A stretch of 63,575 nucleotides of DNA, counting the filler, from Octopus bimaculoides (taxonomy: Eukaryota), in NCBI RefSeq assembly GCF_001194135.2. It is 7 parts of 6 records of this genome, joined end to end, with 100 filler letters (N's around TTAATTAATTAA, not from the genome) between each part and the next. Parts side by side here need not be neighbours in the genome. Positions count along the whole stretch, not along the records: positions 1 to 8,072 come from NC_068985.1; positions 8,173 to 18,479 come from NC_069000.1; 5 more parts are not named here. One strand, 5' to 3'. Shown piece after piece: positions 1 through 11,822 of this stretch. Positions within the stretch are counted from its first letter, which is position 1, and every line of letters begins with the position of its first letter. The position numbers and the translations under genes are program-made. The notes beneath the pieces were generated by a model. The model had not been told where the DNA came from and ran no database searches. It saw only the letters and a list, made by a program, of their open reading frames with translations.

Positions 1-26
1 TATATATATATATATATATACATACA

Positions 27-80
<54 letters not shown>

Positions 81-643
81 AATGGAACAAAACCACAATA
101 GAGGGCATTAAAACATTCAGACAGATAGACAACACAAAGGCAGACAAGACAAGCAACAATTAGAAGGACAGGCAAAAAGGACAGGTCGTTCTTGGCTTTC
201 TTTCTTCAGTCAAGTACCAGAAGTCACAACCATTTCAGACAGTTACACTTGAGATGGTTCGATCTGGTTGTCCCCCAAAAAGTCTAAGCTAAGAGAATTA
301 GACCCCTTTGTAAGAAAGCTAGCGAATGTGTACAGCAACAAAGACAAAAAAAAAACAAACAAGCCAAAAAAAAGAACAAAGAACATGATACAGAATTACG
401 AATACAAACAACAAGAAATAACAACAGGCGTCTTTCGACTGAGAACAATTCAAATTGAGCTGAGGTGTATGGAGTGAAAGCGTAAAGGCAGGAACATGGG
501 AGATGGACACAAGACGTATTGACGGTCGGCAATCAGGCCAAGAAAGAATATGTATATAGATATATAATATCAAATAGGTTTTAAAATGCATGAGTTGTTT
601 ATGGAGTGCTCATAGAGAGCCAATTCGAAAAAATATAGCTTAG

Positions 644-1062
644 AGAAAATTGAAAATGCAAATCTTAGGCAACATATTCCGAAATGCATAAATGAAAACC
701 TTTTCAATCAAAGTAGTTGCATGATTTAAGCTGATGTGTATAAATACATACAATTCATGTAAAGGTATGAAGATTCTCTTAGGGTATAAAGAATAAGGGT
801 ACAAAGAATTACATATAAATAAAAATTACATGTAGTTGTAGTGTATATGTAATTCTATGTATTTTTATATATATTTTTATATTTCCTCTATATTTTTATG
901 TATGTCTGGTTTTAATCTTTATACTCTTGGAGAATCTTCATACCTGTACATGCATGATTTATGCTGATGTGTACAAATATAAATTATTCAACTACTTTGA
1001 ATGTTTTCATTTATGTGTTCAGGAATCTGTTTCACTGCCTAAGATTTGCATTTACAATTTTC

Positions 1063-1063
<1 letters not shown>
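644..1063. repeat. ~420-bp foldback (long imperfect inverted repeat), probable MITE
   Basis: 644-720 pairs with 989-1063, and 756-792 pairs with 916-952. Inner IR agaattacatata/tatatgtaattct. No TSD seen. Confidence 0.75.
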
Positions 1064-1101
<38 letters not shown>

Positions 1102-1949
1102 AATAAAAAATAAAATAAAGTTATTTTTCATGGGGCTGGGGTCATCCCAGATTAGTGGTCGCAGAGATATCATGCTTAGAGCTGACTGGGTCCACTAGTG
1201 CTCTGCACCACTGGCGGTCCCATGCCAGCCTCTCTGCATCCAATATTGGCAAACAATTTTGCAATATTAAGTTGTATAGGAAAATATGTGCCTTACATCT
1301 GTAGATGAAGATAACTATCATACAATTTTATAGAGATCTCTGTTCCTATGATCAGACAAACATAGACCAATTGTCTCAACTTCATTGTTGAAGTTTATGA
1401 AGCAAATCCATCTTTATGACTTTTATGAGCATTTTTCTATGCTTCTATGGATGGATTCATCAGTTTGCTTGTTCTTTTTTTTTCCAAGCAATTATTATTT
1501 AATAGTGAGATAGACATTCTATACTACCCACACAGGTGGAATGAAATCTATAATTGACAGTCAGACAAACTGAGGCACACAGAGTCATGTTACATGCCTT
1601 CATGGAATATGACTTTTATCAAGAATAAAGTAAAAGACAATCGCCCAAGATGCAAAGTGTGGGATCAAACATGGGACCTCACAATTCTGAAGCAAACCTC
1701 TTAACACCACTACCCCTACCACCTGGCCTATATGTATGCAAATATTTCAGCAATACATATTAGAAAATTATGCAAGCATCAATAAGAAAACTGATAATCA
1801 GCACTTTTTAATAAAAATACCACACCTTGTGATATTTGTTCCAGACAAGTTACCCAGACAATCCCTTGGGAGTCTAACAAACAACTGTTCATTAATAAAT
1901 ATATACCAAGTCTCAATAAAATTGAAATTATAGAAAAACAAAAGACAAA

Positions 1950-2130
1950 GACGGGTGTGTGAACAACAAGCAAGTGTATTAGTTTGACACTCGGGAAAAT
2001 GAAGAAGTCTTTTACATTTTGAGCCTACGCACTTCAACAGAAAGAAATAAGAAATAAACAAAGAGAGAATGAAAAAATGTGTAGAGTCCAGCAGTCCTAA
2101 ACAAAGGTGCCACCTTAGTATCAATGATAT
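1950..2130 (-). mobile_element. Penelope-like repeat fragment with degenerate minimal hammerhead at 2008-2045
   Basis: Minus strand reads UCUUU-CUGUUGA-A-GUGC(GUAG)GCUC-AAAA-UGU-A-AAAGA. This is hammerhead architecture with core substitutions. Confidence 0.4.
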
Positions 2131-2349
2131 AATCCTTTCTATTATAGGCACAAAGCCTGAAATTTGGGGGGTGAGCGAGCTGATTACATCAACCCCAGTA
2201 CATGACTGATACTTATTTTATCAACCCTGGAACATAAAAAACATGCAAACAAAATTATTCCAAGAAAAATTCCCTAAATGTAGGGAAAATCTTTTAGGGT
2301 TACTCATAGGAACACCAAAATCCATGATTACTCTGACCACTAAATCAAG

Positions 2350-3710
2350 TGCACACTCCCAGTTGTCCTCCTCTACTAGTCTACAGCTATATACTTAGAG
2401 CAGGTCCATTCACTCAGACCATGCTCACCAATTTCATCCACTTTACAACAAATTTGCTAAGAGGTAGCACTGTCCTCTCCACTCTCATCTTCTTTTCAAG
2501 TGGAACTCAAAAAGGTGTCTGCTTTCAGCCCTTTCATTCTTGTCTACTACGCAGCCTCTTTTGCCAAGACCACTAGACAGATGAAAACTGCCTACCCTTC
2601 TCAACCAAAGAAAGGCAGCATAATGGACTTAGCGGAGTCCATTGTGAAGATCAACTGAAAGCAAGATCTGGCCTACACATGACAGCAGCTGTTTGACATA
2701 TCTCCACAAGTCAGCAATGCTCAAATACTAATTGAATGCATGCTGAACAGTTTCATTTACTTACATGCATCTCAGTTAGGCCTAAGCTGACAGCATATCG
2801 ATGTCTGTGGAGGTTATTTCAAACTGGCAATGTTCACCGCTAGGCCAGATATTTCTGGAAATTATCCATGGATCCTAGTTTTAAAATTCTCCAAAAATAG
2901 ACCAACCAGTTGATTTTCATCACTGCGCAAGAATGTTGGCACTTTTTCTAACCATTGAGACCCCCTTCAGTTTCGGTCATCACTGACCATGGGATTGCAC
3001 CTAGAAAGTTACCCTCCCAGGCACAAGTCCGGGCAAGGTAGTTTATCGAATACCAGAAGCCACCCATGCATACCGGTCTCCCCTCTCCAGTGTTATCCAA
3101 GGGAAAGGCAAAGGCTGATACAGCTTGGCACCTGTGACATCGCAACTCATTTCTACAGCTGAGTGAACTTGGAGCAACGTGAAATAAAGTGTCTTGCTCA
3201 AGAACACAACACACAGCCCGGTTCAGGATTTGAACTCACAACCTCATGATCGTAAGCTCGACGCTCTAACGACTGAGCCATGCGCCTTCACTTCTAACCG
3301 TTAATCCTCTACTTAATGCTAATATGGAATATCCACCTACTGCATTGCCAAAATGGTAGAGGGTTGTGATACCAAGCATCCTGTTGCTTGATCCAGGACT
3401 GTAGCTCTGTTAAAGAGACGGGCTGTGGAGAAATGTGTCTAACAAATGACAACCAGACTTATTCAACATCAAGGGATTTCTATTGCAGCTACAAAGCATG
3501 CTTGCACATCATCAGCCACAGCATACCTGGTATTTTACACAGTAAGTATTGATGGTGATGCAGCACCTTTATGGAAAGGAATGTGTCCTTTCCATAAAAA
3601 GTAAAAGAGCAGACATTTCAGTGCGGTCAGACATAGACTGGGGCAAAGCACAATGGACAAGTAGTAATAGATGACAAAAGTGCCAAACTACAAGCCTACT
3701 GACTTTTCCT
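2350..3710 (-). mobile_element. Decayed L1/Tx1-clade LINE, 3' part of ORF2, split by a SINE at 2957-3291
   Basis: Frameshifted minus-strand peptides LFYFLWKGHIP, GMLWLMMCKHAL, GSMDNFQKYLA, NETVQHAF (zf-RVT-like) and AVFICLVVLAKEA...FHLKRKMRVER. Confidence 0.7.
2957..3291 (-). mobile_element. tRNA-derived SINE with CORE-like central domain (family also at 36772-37087 and 43484-43842)
   Basis: A box TGGCTCAGTCG, B box GAGTTCAAATCC, then TTGAGCAAGACAC. TSD ttctaacc at 2946-2953 and 3292-3299. Confidence 0.85.
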
Positions 3711-3724
3711 AGTTGTAATAATAA

Positions 3725-3755
<31 letters not shown>

Positions 3756-4234
3756 AATCCTTTCTATGATAAGTACAAGGCCAGCATTTTTAGGGGAAGA
3801 AGTAAGTCGAATACATCAACCGCAGGGTTTTATTGTTACTTATTTTACCAATCCTGAAAGGATGAAAGGCAAAGTCAACTGTGACAGAATTTGAACTCAG
3901 AACGTAAAGGGTAGGAAGAAATGTTGTTAAGCATTTTGTCTGACATGCTCATGGTTCAGCCATCTTCTTACCTTAATAATAAAGTAACTTAGGCACAATC
4001 CCAGTATTCAACTGGTACTTATTTTACCAATCACAAAAGGATGAAAGGTAAAGCTGGCCCTGGTGGAATTTAGTTGGAAGAAATGCCAATTTGTCTGGCA
4101 TGCTACAAGGCAAGATTTGAAATAATAATGATAATAATAGTAGTTTCTAACAGAGACACTATGCCACAAACTCTGTATCGAAAGGAACAGCCAATTAGAT
4201 CAATACCCAATACGCAACTGGTACTTATTTAACA

Positions 4235-4638
4235 GGTACAGGAGTGGCTGTGTGGTAAGTAGTTTGCTTACCAACCACATGGTTCCAAGTTCAGTTCCAC
4301 TGCGTGGCACTTTGGGCAAGTGTCTTCTACTATAGCCTTGGGCCGACCAAAGCCTTGAGTGGATTTGGTAGATGGAAACTGAAAGAAGCCTGTTGTATAT
4401 ATGTATATGTATATATATGTGTGTTTGTGTGACTGTGTTTGTCCCCCCCCCCCAACATCGCTTAACAACCGATGCTTGTGTGTTTACATCCCCGTAACTT
4501 AGTTGTTCAGCAAAAGAGACCAATAGAATAAGTACCAGGCTTACAAAAAATAAGTACTGGGGTCGATTTGCTCGACTAAAGGTGGTGCTCCAGCATGGCC
4601 GCAGTCAAATGACTGAAACAAGTAAAAGAGTAAAAGAG
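4235..4638 (+). mobile_element. Full-length tRNA-derived SINE, octopus OK-like family (commonest family in the window)
   Basis: Head GTGGCTGTGTGGTAAG...GGTTCCAAGTTCAGTTCC, CTTTGGGCAAGTGTCTTC core, internal (TA/TG)n, and tail GGTGCTCCAGCATGGCCGCAGTC...GTAAAAGAG. Many homologous copies in the window. Confidence 0.9.
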
Positions 4639-4944
4639 ACCTTGCAAAGATGAAAGACAAAAATCAATCCTAATGAGATTTGAACTCAGAACCATAATTA
4701 AATACTGCATGGCAGTTATGTTTGATGCACAAACAATTCTGCCAATGCCCTACCAGAGTAGGAAAATTAAAGAGCAAATTTAGTCAATTAAATAAACACC
4801 ATACTTAACTGGAACACGGTTTTAACAATAAAACATATAGAACCATCAAAGTACCAGGATGATAAGCCAAGTCAACTTTAGTAAGATTTGAACTCAGAAT
4901 GTAAAGGGCCACAAACATTTAGTCCAACAATCTAATAATTTTCA

Positions 4945-5850
4945 TCATCATCATCATCATCATCATCGTTTAACGTCCGCCTTCCATGCTAGCATGGGTT
5001 GGACGATTTGACTGAGGACTGGTGAAACCGGATGGCAACACCAGGCTCCAATCTAATTTGGCAGAGTTTCTACAGCTGGATGCCCTTCCTAACGCCAACC
5101 ACTCAGAGAGTGTAGTGGGTGCTTTTACGTGTCACCCACACGAAGGCCAGTCAGGCGGTACTGGCAACGGCCACGCTCGAAATGGTGTCTTTTATGTGTC
5201 ACCCGCACAAGAGCCAGTCCAGGGGCACTGGCAACGATCCCGCTCGAAATATTTCATGTGTCACCCGTACATGAGCCAGTCCAGGGGCACCTNNNNNNNN
5301 NNNNNNNNNNNNNNNNNNNNNNNNNNNNNNNNNNNNNNNNNNNNNNNNNNNNNNNNNNNNNNNNNNNNNNNNNNNNNNNNNNNNNNNNNNNNNNNNNNNN
5401 NNNNNNNNNNNNNNNNNNNNNNNNNNNNNNNNNNNNNNNNNNNNNNNNNNNNNNNNNNNNNNNNNNNNNNNNNNNNNNNNNNNNNNNNNNNNNNNNNNNN
5501 NNNNNNCGATCCCGCTCGAAAGATTTCATGTGTTGCCCGCACATGAGCCAGTCCGGGGGCACCGGCAACGATCTTGCTCGAAAAAACCTCATGTGTCGCC
5601 CGCACATGAACCAGTCCAGGGGCACTGGCATCGATCCCGCTCGAAAGATTTCATGTGTCGCCTGCACATGAGCCAGTTCAGGGGCACTGGCAACGATCCC
5701 GCTCGAAATATTTCATGTGTCACCCGTACATGAGCCAGTCCAGGGGCACCTGCAACAATCTCACTCGAAAAACCTCGTGTCACCCGCACAAGAGCCAGTC
5801 CAGGGGCACTGGCAACGATCTCGCACGAAAGATATCATGTGTCACCCCAA
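4945..5850 (-). mobile_element. Short retroposon with (GAT)n 3' tail and at least 7 tandem ~62-bp monomers at its 5' side
   Basis: Body near-identical to 48533-48820 and 57846-58318. Monomer is TTTCGAGCGGGATCGTTGCCAGTGCCCCTGGACTGGCTCATGTGCGGGTGACACATGAAA; the array spans an N gap. Confidence 0.85.
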
Positions 5851-6297
5851 ACCAATTTCAAATGATAAAGAATAACTTGAAAAACATTAAGCTGCTATTT
5901 CTCACAGGTCAAGTGACACTATACAGACATTACATACTCATTCTGTCTCTCTCACGCATTAGCTTTTTTTTGTTTTTTTTAGGTTTCGTTTAATGAGTTG
6001 ATGTTTAGAATACAATTACAAGAGGTTCTTACATAAAACAGTAATGGAATAATTTTTTTACAACTAACTAATAGATTACTACAAGTAGTTTTGAGTGGTT
6101 TGACACAAATAGAAATGATTTTATAATGAAAACATTCCCTCAAAGAATTTTTTGTAGTGGTATGATAGAGACCTCTTCAAATATTTGTAAATGGAAAAAC
6201 AGAAAAGTAAACATGCAGTAATACTTAGCTAATCATCACTATCCCTATATATAAGTCAGAAGAACAAAAGCATGATTACATTACAAACAGTTATCAG

Positions 6298-6697
6298 GTG
6301 CAGGCATGGCTGTGAGGTTAAGAAGTTTGCTTCCCAACCATTTGACCTTGGGTTCAGTCCTGCTGCACAGCACCTTGGGAAAATGTCTTCTACTATAGCC
6401 CCAAATTGATCAAAACCTTACAAGTGGATGGTAACAAAAAGAAGCCCTTTGTATATGTGCAGTTGGATGGATAGAGATAGATAGATAGATAGATAGATAG
6501 AGATAGATAGATAGATAGACAACTGGTGTTAATTTTATTGCATCCTGCAACTTGGCAGTTCAGCAAAAGAGACCACTAAAGTCAGTACCAGGCTTCAAAA
6601 CAAGTACTAGAGTCAATTTGTTTGATTAAACCTTTCAAAGCAGTACCCCTGTATGACCACAGTTTAATAACTGAAACAAGATAAAAGATAAAAGATA
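6298..6697 (+). mobile_element. Diverged OK-like SINE copy with internal (GATA)n
   Basis: Homologous head, CCTTGGGAAAATGTCTTC core and GATAAAA-repeat tail. Confidence 0.8.
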
Positions 6698-7027
6698 TAT
6701 CAACTAGCACTTAAAATGCCAGAGTTTAAATTCCAAAATGGCTAACTCCATGGAATAAAATACATACTGATAAGTGACCCAACATGCAAGTCCCTACATG
6801 GTTATTCAACCTGCTAGAAATAATAGCCAAATGTCCCTCAAATCACATATAGGATAATGTCCTTGATATAAAGATAAGATGCCCCAAAAGGAATTCTTTT
6901 TACCACAACTTTTTGACAAGGATAAACTATTGCTCAACGACAACAAAAATACCGGCAAAAGTCTAAGATAAATTCACTCAACATCTCTCTTAGAAACATT
7001 GGAAAGAAATCAATCAACAATTCTCAT

Positions 7028-7230
7028 CTAAAGACAGTATGTTGGAATAATAGAGGAGGAAAATTTACCACAAATATAACAATGATATGGCTTCTGTCCT
7101 GTATGAATGCATTTCTCATAAACCATTCTTTCATAAGCTATTTCAATGAAAGAATGGCCTACCACAAATGCCACAACAATATGGCTTCTGTCCTGTATGA
7201 AACAATATAGCTTCTGTCCTGTATGAAACC
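7028..7230 (-). pseudogene. Degenerate C2H2 (Kruppel-type) zinc-finger fragment, about two fingers
   Basis: Three HTGQK(P/L)Y linkers. HTGQKPYCCGICGRPF and HTGQKPYHCYICGK lie in different frames, with stops and missing His ligands. Confidence 0.7.
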
Positions 7231-7339
7231 ACTTGTAAATTTTACTTTCAGAGAAATAGCTTATCAAGCCACAAGAGCCGTCTGAGCCAATTACAGGGAG
7301 CCATCAGTAAGCTGAAAGTCAGCAATGAGTAGAGCAACA

Positions 7340-7585
7340 AATTTAGTGTCCAGGGAGAAGTCCAGCATGGTTTAGTTCTCAATCTCTTCTCGACTGGATG
7401 CTCATGAGAGCTCCTCTATACTGATGACCTTGTTCTTATAACAAATTCTATAGAAGTAGAGAAGAAATTTCAGGTATAGAAGTAAGGCCTAGAATCAAAA
7501 GATCTTAGGGTTAATTTAGCAAAGACCAAAGTCCAAGTAGGAAAACAGACAAATTACTAATCTCTTCAGGGAAATAGCCCTGCCT
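7340..7585 (+). mobile_element. RTE-clade LINE reverse-transcriptase fragment
   Basis: Translates ELLYTDDLVLI...KKFQV*K*GLESKDLRVNLAKTKV (YADD region with in-frame stops). Confidence 0.75.
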
Positions 7586-7586
7586 G

Positions 7587-7649
<63 letters not shown>

Positions 7650-7744
7650 ACAACTAGTTGGTTGTCATAATAAAACTCAGACAACCAACTAGTTGCCACA
7701 TATTATATTTATAGATAAATTCCTCTATTTGACATAATATCGAG

Positions 7745-8072
7745 GTGTAGGAGCGGCTGTGTGGTAAGTAGCTTGCTTACCAACCACATGGTTCTAGGTT
7801 CAGTCCCATTGCGTGGCACCTTGGGCAAGTGTCTTCTACTATAGCCTCGAGCCGACCAAAGCCTTGTGAGTGGATTTGGTAGACGGAAACTGAAAGAAGC
7901 CCGTCGTATATATGTATATGTGTGTGTGTATGTCCCCCCAACATCGCTTGACAACCAATGCTGGTGTGCTTACGTCTCTGTAACTTAGCGGTTCGGCAAA
8001 AGAGACCGATAGAATAAGTACTGGGCTTACAAAGAATAAGTCCTGGGGTCGACTTGTTCGACTAAAGGTGGT
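7745..8072 (+). mobile_element. OK-like SINE, 3' end lost in gap
   Basis: High similarity to 4235-4638. Confidence 0.88.
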
Positions 8073-8458
8073 NNNNNNNNNNNNNNNNNNNNNNNNNNNN
8101 NNNNNNNNNNNNNNNNTTAATTAATTAANNNNNNNNNNNNNNNNNNNNNNNNNNNNNNNNNNNNNNNNNNNNATATATATATATATATATATATAAATAC
8201 ATACACAGATATACCTGCATATATATGTGTATGTGAGCGAGAGTGAATGTCTCATCGACCTTGTAAGATATCTTGAAGCAGAAATGTTGACACATTAATA
8301 ACGTTTGCATATGTATATACGCAAGTGCTCACACACAAGCACAGACGCGCGCGCACAGACACAACACACTCAAATAGATAGATAGATAGATACATACATA
8401 CATACATACGTACGTACATACATACATACATACATGCATGCATACATACATACATACA

Positions 8459-8489
<31 letters not shown>

Positions 8490-8811
8490 GTACAAGTTAT
8501 ATGTATACATAAGTACAAGTTTATCTAGGAGGCCTTATGATATTAGTGGACTAAACAATTGTATTTCTAATTGTAGATTGGCAAATCTCTAATTAGCTCT
8601 GGCGAGAATTATAATAAACTAATCTAATTATCCGCTACTCTAATTAAACTTGAAATATTTGAAGCATTTTCGATGAGTCTATAATTAATTTACCTCAAAA
8701 TATTGAACACTACGTAATGAAGGACATGTCCACACAGACACACACACACACACACACACACATGTATGCATATGTATAAAAGTATACATATCTATTTCTA
8801 CTTATCTATGT

Positions 8812-8884
<73 letters not shown>

Positions 8885-9961
8885 TGTGTGTGTGTGCGTG
8901 CGTGCGTGTGTGTGTTTACATACATATTATATGATGTATATATGTATGCATATAAATATTAAAAATGCACTCTAGACTGAGGTGCATTCATGCTTGCTGA
9001 GTAATTAGATTCTATGTCCACATCAAAATACCCCGTGGTTAGGGGTATTTTGGCAAAAACGGCTTAATCAGCTTCTTGTCATTTACCGATAAATCCATTT
9101 AGCATAGGTTGTTTGTCGCTGGGACGTTTTGCAGTTGAGAAACTTTTATCTTATTCCACGCACAAGTAATATCTTATTGAAGCTTCAAACTTATTCAGTT
9201 ACTAAACCTCATTTTTCTTCGTCAGTTTATGAACAGAATCATCCCCCATCCTTCATCCACTTTGAACCTTCCTTTCTGTATTTTTCACGTATTTCCCATG
9301 ATGTAGATATGTTATATGAGGATGCATAACTGCTGAAGGTACATTGTACATCTCATACAAGAGCGTCCGAATGTTGCACTTTCCGCAGTTAAAGCTGAAG
9401 GCAGTTCGTGTAGAACTGCACCATTCATTAAATGTATATAAATGTTGATCAAGTATTAGAACGCGTAAATTTTTTCTCATAAATTTCTGTCTTACGTTCA
9501 GACAGTGATAAACTTATCACGGGCTCAATCTAATATTTTACTTCTTTCACCACAGCCACACGCAGACGCGCGCAGACACTCACATACACAAACACACACA
9601 CACACACAAAAAAAAAAACACATGCCACACCTATATATATANNNNNNNNNNATATAAAAAAAATGAACTAATTGAACAGAACTTGTAGTGGCCAGTCGTA
9701 TGCATTTGAATAACGTAGACAAATATCGGTATGTCAAATGACATACAACAAAAGTTCTAGATTTATACTTAGGCATTATTTATAGTGTGAGGCTATATGC
9801 ACACGTTGTTAAAAGTTTACTTGCTCTGTGTATACACACTTGTTAGAGCGACTATAAAGGAAGTTACTCGAATCGTATATTCAACTTCACCAGTTAATAA
9901 CAAAGTTATGCTCACTTTTACAATAATCTCGGCATGACCTGCATGTATGTATGTATGTATG

Positions 9962-10190
9962 CTTGTTTGCCATTCAGTTTTATTTCAAGATTTCTTGCCA
10001 ATAGAGAAAGAACCGGTTTGAAACCTAGATCCAAAGATCCTTCATTGGAATTTCAACATGAACAATAGGGTATTTTTGTATATATACATGTATGTATATG
10101 TGCAGATTTTGTATGTTTTGTTTTACGTATGTATTCTCATGCATATAATTGTTTATCTAGATATGCTCATATATATTTAAATGATAAACT
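9962..10190 (-). mobile_element. 5'-truncated copy (last codons plus 3' UTR) of the R4/Dong-like LINE seen at 42745-43381
   Basis: Shares ccttcattggaatttcaaca and tatgtattctcatgcatata...ctagaYatgctcatatatatttaaatgataaact with the 42.7-kb copy. Flanked by (TATG)n on both sides. Confidence 0.75.
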
Positions 10191-10215
10191 ATGTATGTAT
10201 GAATTTATGCATTAC

Positions 10216-10246
<31 letters not shown>

Positions 10247-10401
10247 AATGTGTGCATGTATATATATATATATATGCACGTATGCATGTATGAATGTATG
10301 AAAGTATTCATATTTGCTTTATGTATGTATGTATGTATATATGTATGTATGTATGCATGTATGTATGTATGCATGTATGTATGTATGTATGTGTGAATGT
10401 A

Positions 10402-10570
10402 CAGGGTGACTGCAAAGTCTGGATACTGAGGCGAAAATGCATACTTTCACTAATTCTATTCATCTACGTTAAAGAATATTTCAACATGGTTTCCACCATT
10501 AGTGATTCAATATCAATGCGCTCTACGAGATTCACATAACTCCGTGCAGTAACTCTCCAAGTTTCCGTCA
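10402..10570 (-). mobile_element. Right end of a Tc1/mariner element
   Basis: TA followed by CAGGGTG terminus. Minus strand encodes NGGNHVEIF, like the GGHFE C-terminus of these transposases. Confidence 0.45.
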
Positions 10571-11348
10571 ATTTGAGCATTCGTTCATTATTACGTTCTT
10601 TCAGATGATTCAATATTTATGGTCAACCATATTGCAATGAGTATAATATAATAAAAGCTTCTTAGTTTTATAAAAGGAAATGTTTTCTATTTCTCTTAAA
10701 ATAAAAGGAGAAAAATAATGTCCTCTAGTAATTACAGAATTAAATTAAATCGCTTCTTCAATAGAACTGCGCTAGTTCTGATTCAATTGCATAACAATAT
10801 AGCTTTCCACTTTCGTCTGCAGCCGTCTTTGTTTGAGCTTGTAAAATGCAGTGAAAAATGTGCTCGTAATTGCTTCAATACAATGCTTTTACCTTTCACC
10901 AAAAGAAATTTGTGTTGTATTTTATATTTTCTCGAAAATCAGTTGGTGTATTAGGGACAAGTTGCTTTTGTATTGTGAAGGACATTCGGGCAATTTCATG
11001 CATCATTTTACGTGAATTTTTCTTGTTGGTGTTTTTGTAGTTACTCTCGTTAATAAAAGCTACAATCGTAATCTGTTTCAAATATCTGCAAGAAGTTCAC
11101 TGTCTCTCAACTTCAATGCCTATCTGTACTTCTTCCGAATATCTCTGTCTCTGTCTCTATCTGCTGTCCGTCTGGGTCTCTCGGTCTCTCTTCTTTCTCT
11201 CTCTCTTTCTCCCTCTCTCTCTCTTTCTCTCTCCCTCTCCCTCTCTCTCTCTCTCCATCTATCTATCTATATTTTCACATGTCCCTCCCGCCCTTCATCC
11301 ATCCATATCTATATATATATGTATATACATATATGTACATATGCATAT

Positions 11349-11398
<50 letters not shown>

Positions 11399-11627
11399 TT
11401 ATACTTTATTAATAAAGTTGCAAAGACATCAAAAAAGGTGTTACTCGGAGTTTTACATTGCTGTTCGTCGGACAGTTTTGGTTGAGAAACATACATACAC
11501 ACACACAATATATATAAATATATATATGTATATATGTGTGTATCTATCTATATATTTATGCACACACACGCACACCCACACACGCACGCGCGCACGCACA
11601 CACACACGCACACACATATATATGTAT

Positions 11628-11782
11628 TCTTTTATATGTTTCAGTTATTTTGACTACGGTCATGCAGGAGCACACACTTTAGTCGAAAAAATCGACCTCA
11701 GGACTTATTCTTTGTAAGCCAGGTACTTATTCTATCGGGCCCTTTTTGCCGAACTGCTAAGTTACAGGGACATAAGCACACC

Positions 11783-11822
<40 letters not shown>

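Noticed and set aside
5207-5850. CRISPR-like appearance of the 62-bp array
   Set aside because: The units are homologous over their whole length with no unique spacers, the DNA is eukaryotic, and there are no cas genes. An HDV-like ribozyme fold was also tried and does not fit, because only 8 nt separate the paired strands.
5022-5993. ORFs such as MKPDGNTRLQSNLAEFLQLDALPNANHSES (also at 48480-48746 and 57966-58253)
   Set aside because: Antisense translations of a multi-copy retroposon, extended through N gaps.
8117-8128. TTAATTAATTAA islands centred in 100-bp N runs (also 18524-18535, 24521-24532, 28958-28969, 39746-39757, 48476-48487)
   Set aside because: Identical 12-mer with stops in all frames, padded symmetrically by Ns. 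This is an artificial scaffolding linker, not biology.
9024-9052. Perfect 11-bp hairpin caaaatacccc/ggggtattttg
   Set aside because: Isolated, with no CTRR Helitron end or other context. Not interpretable.
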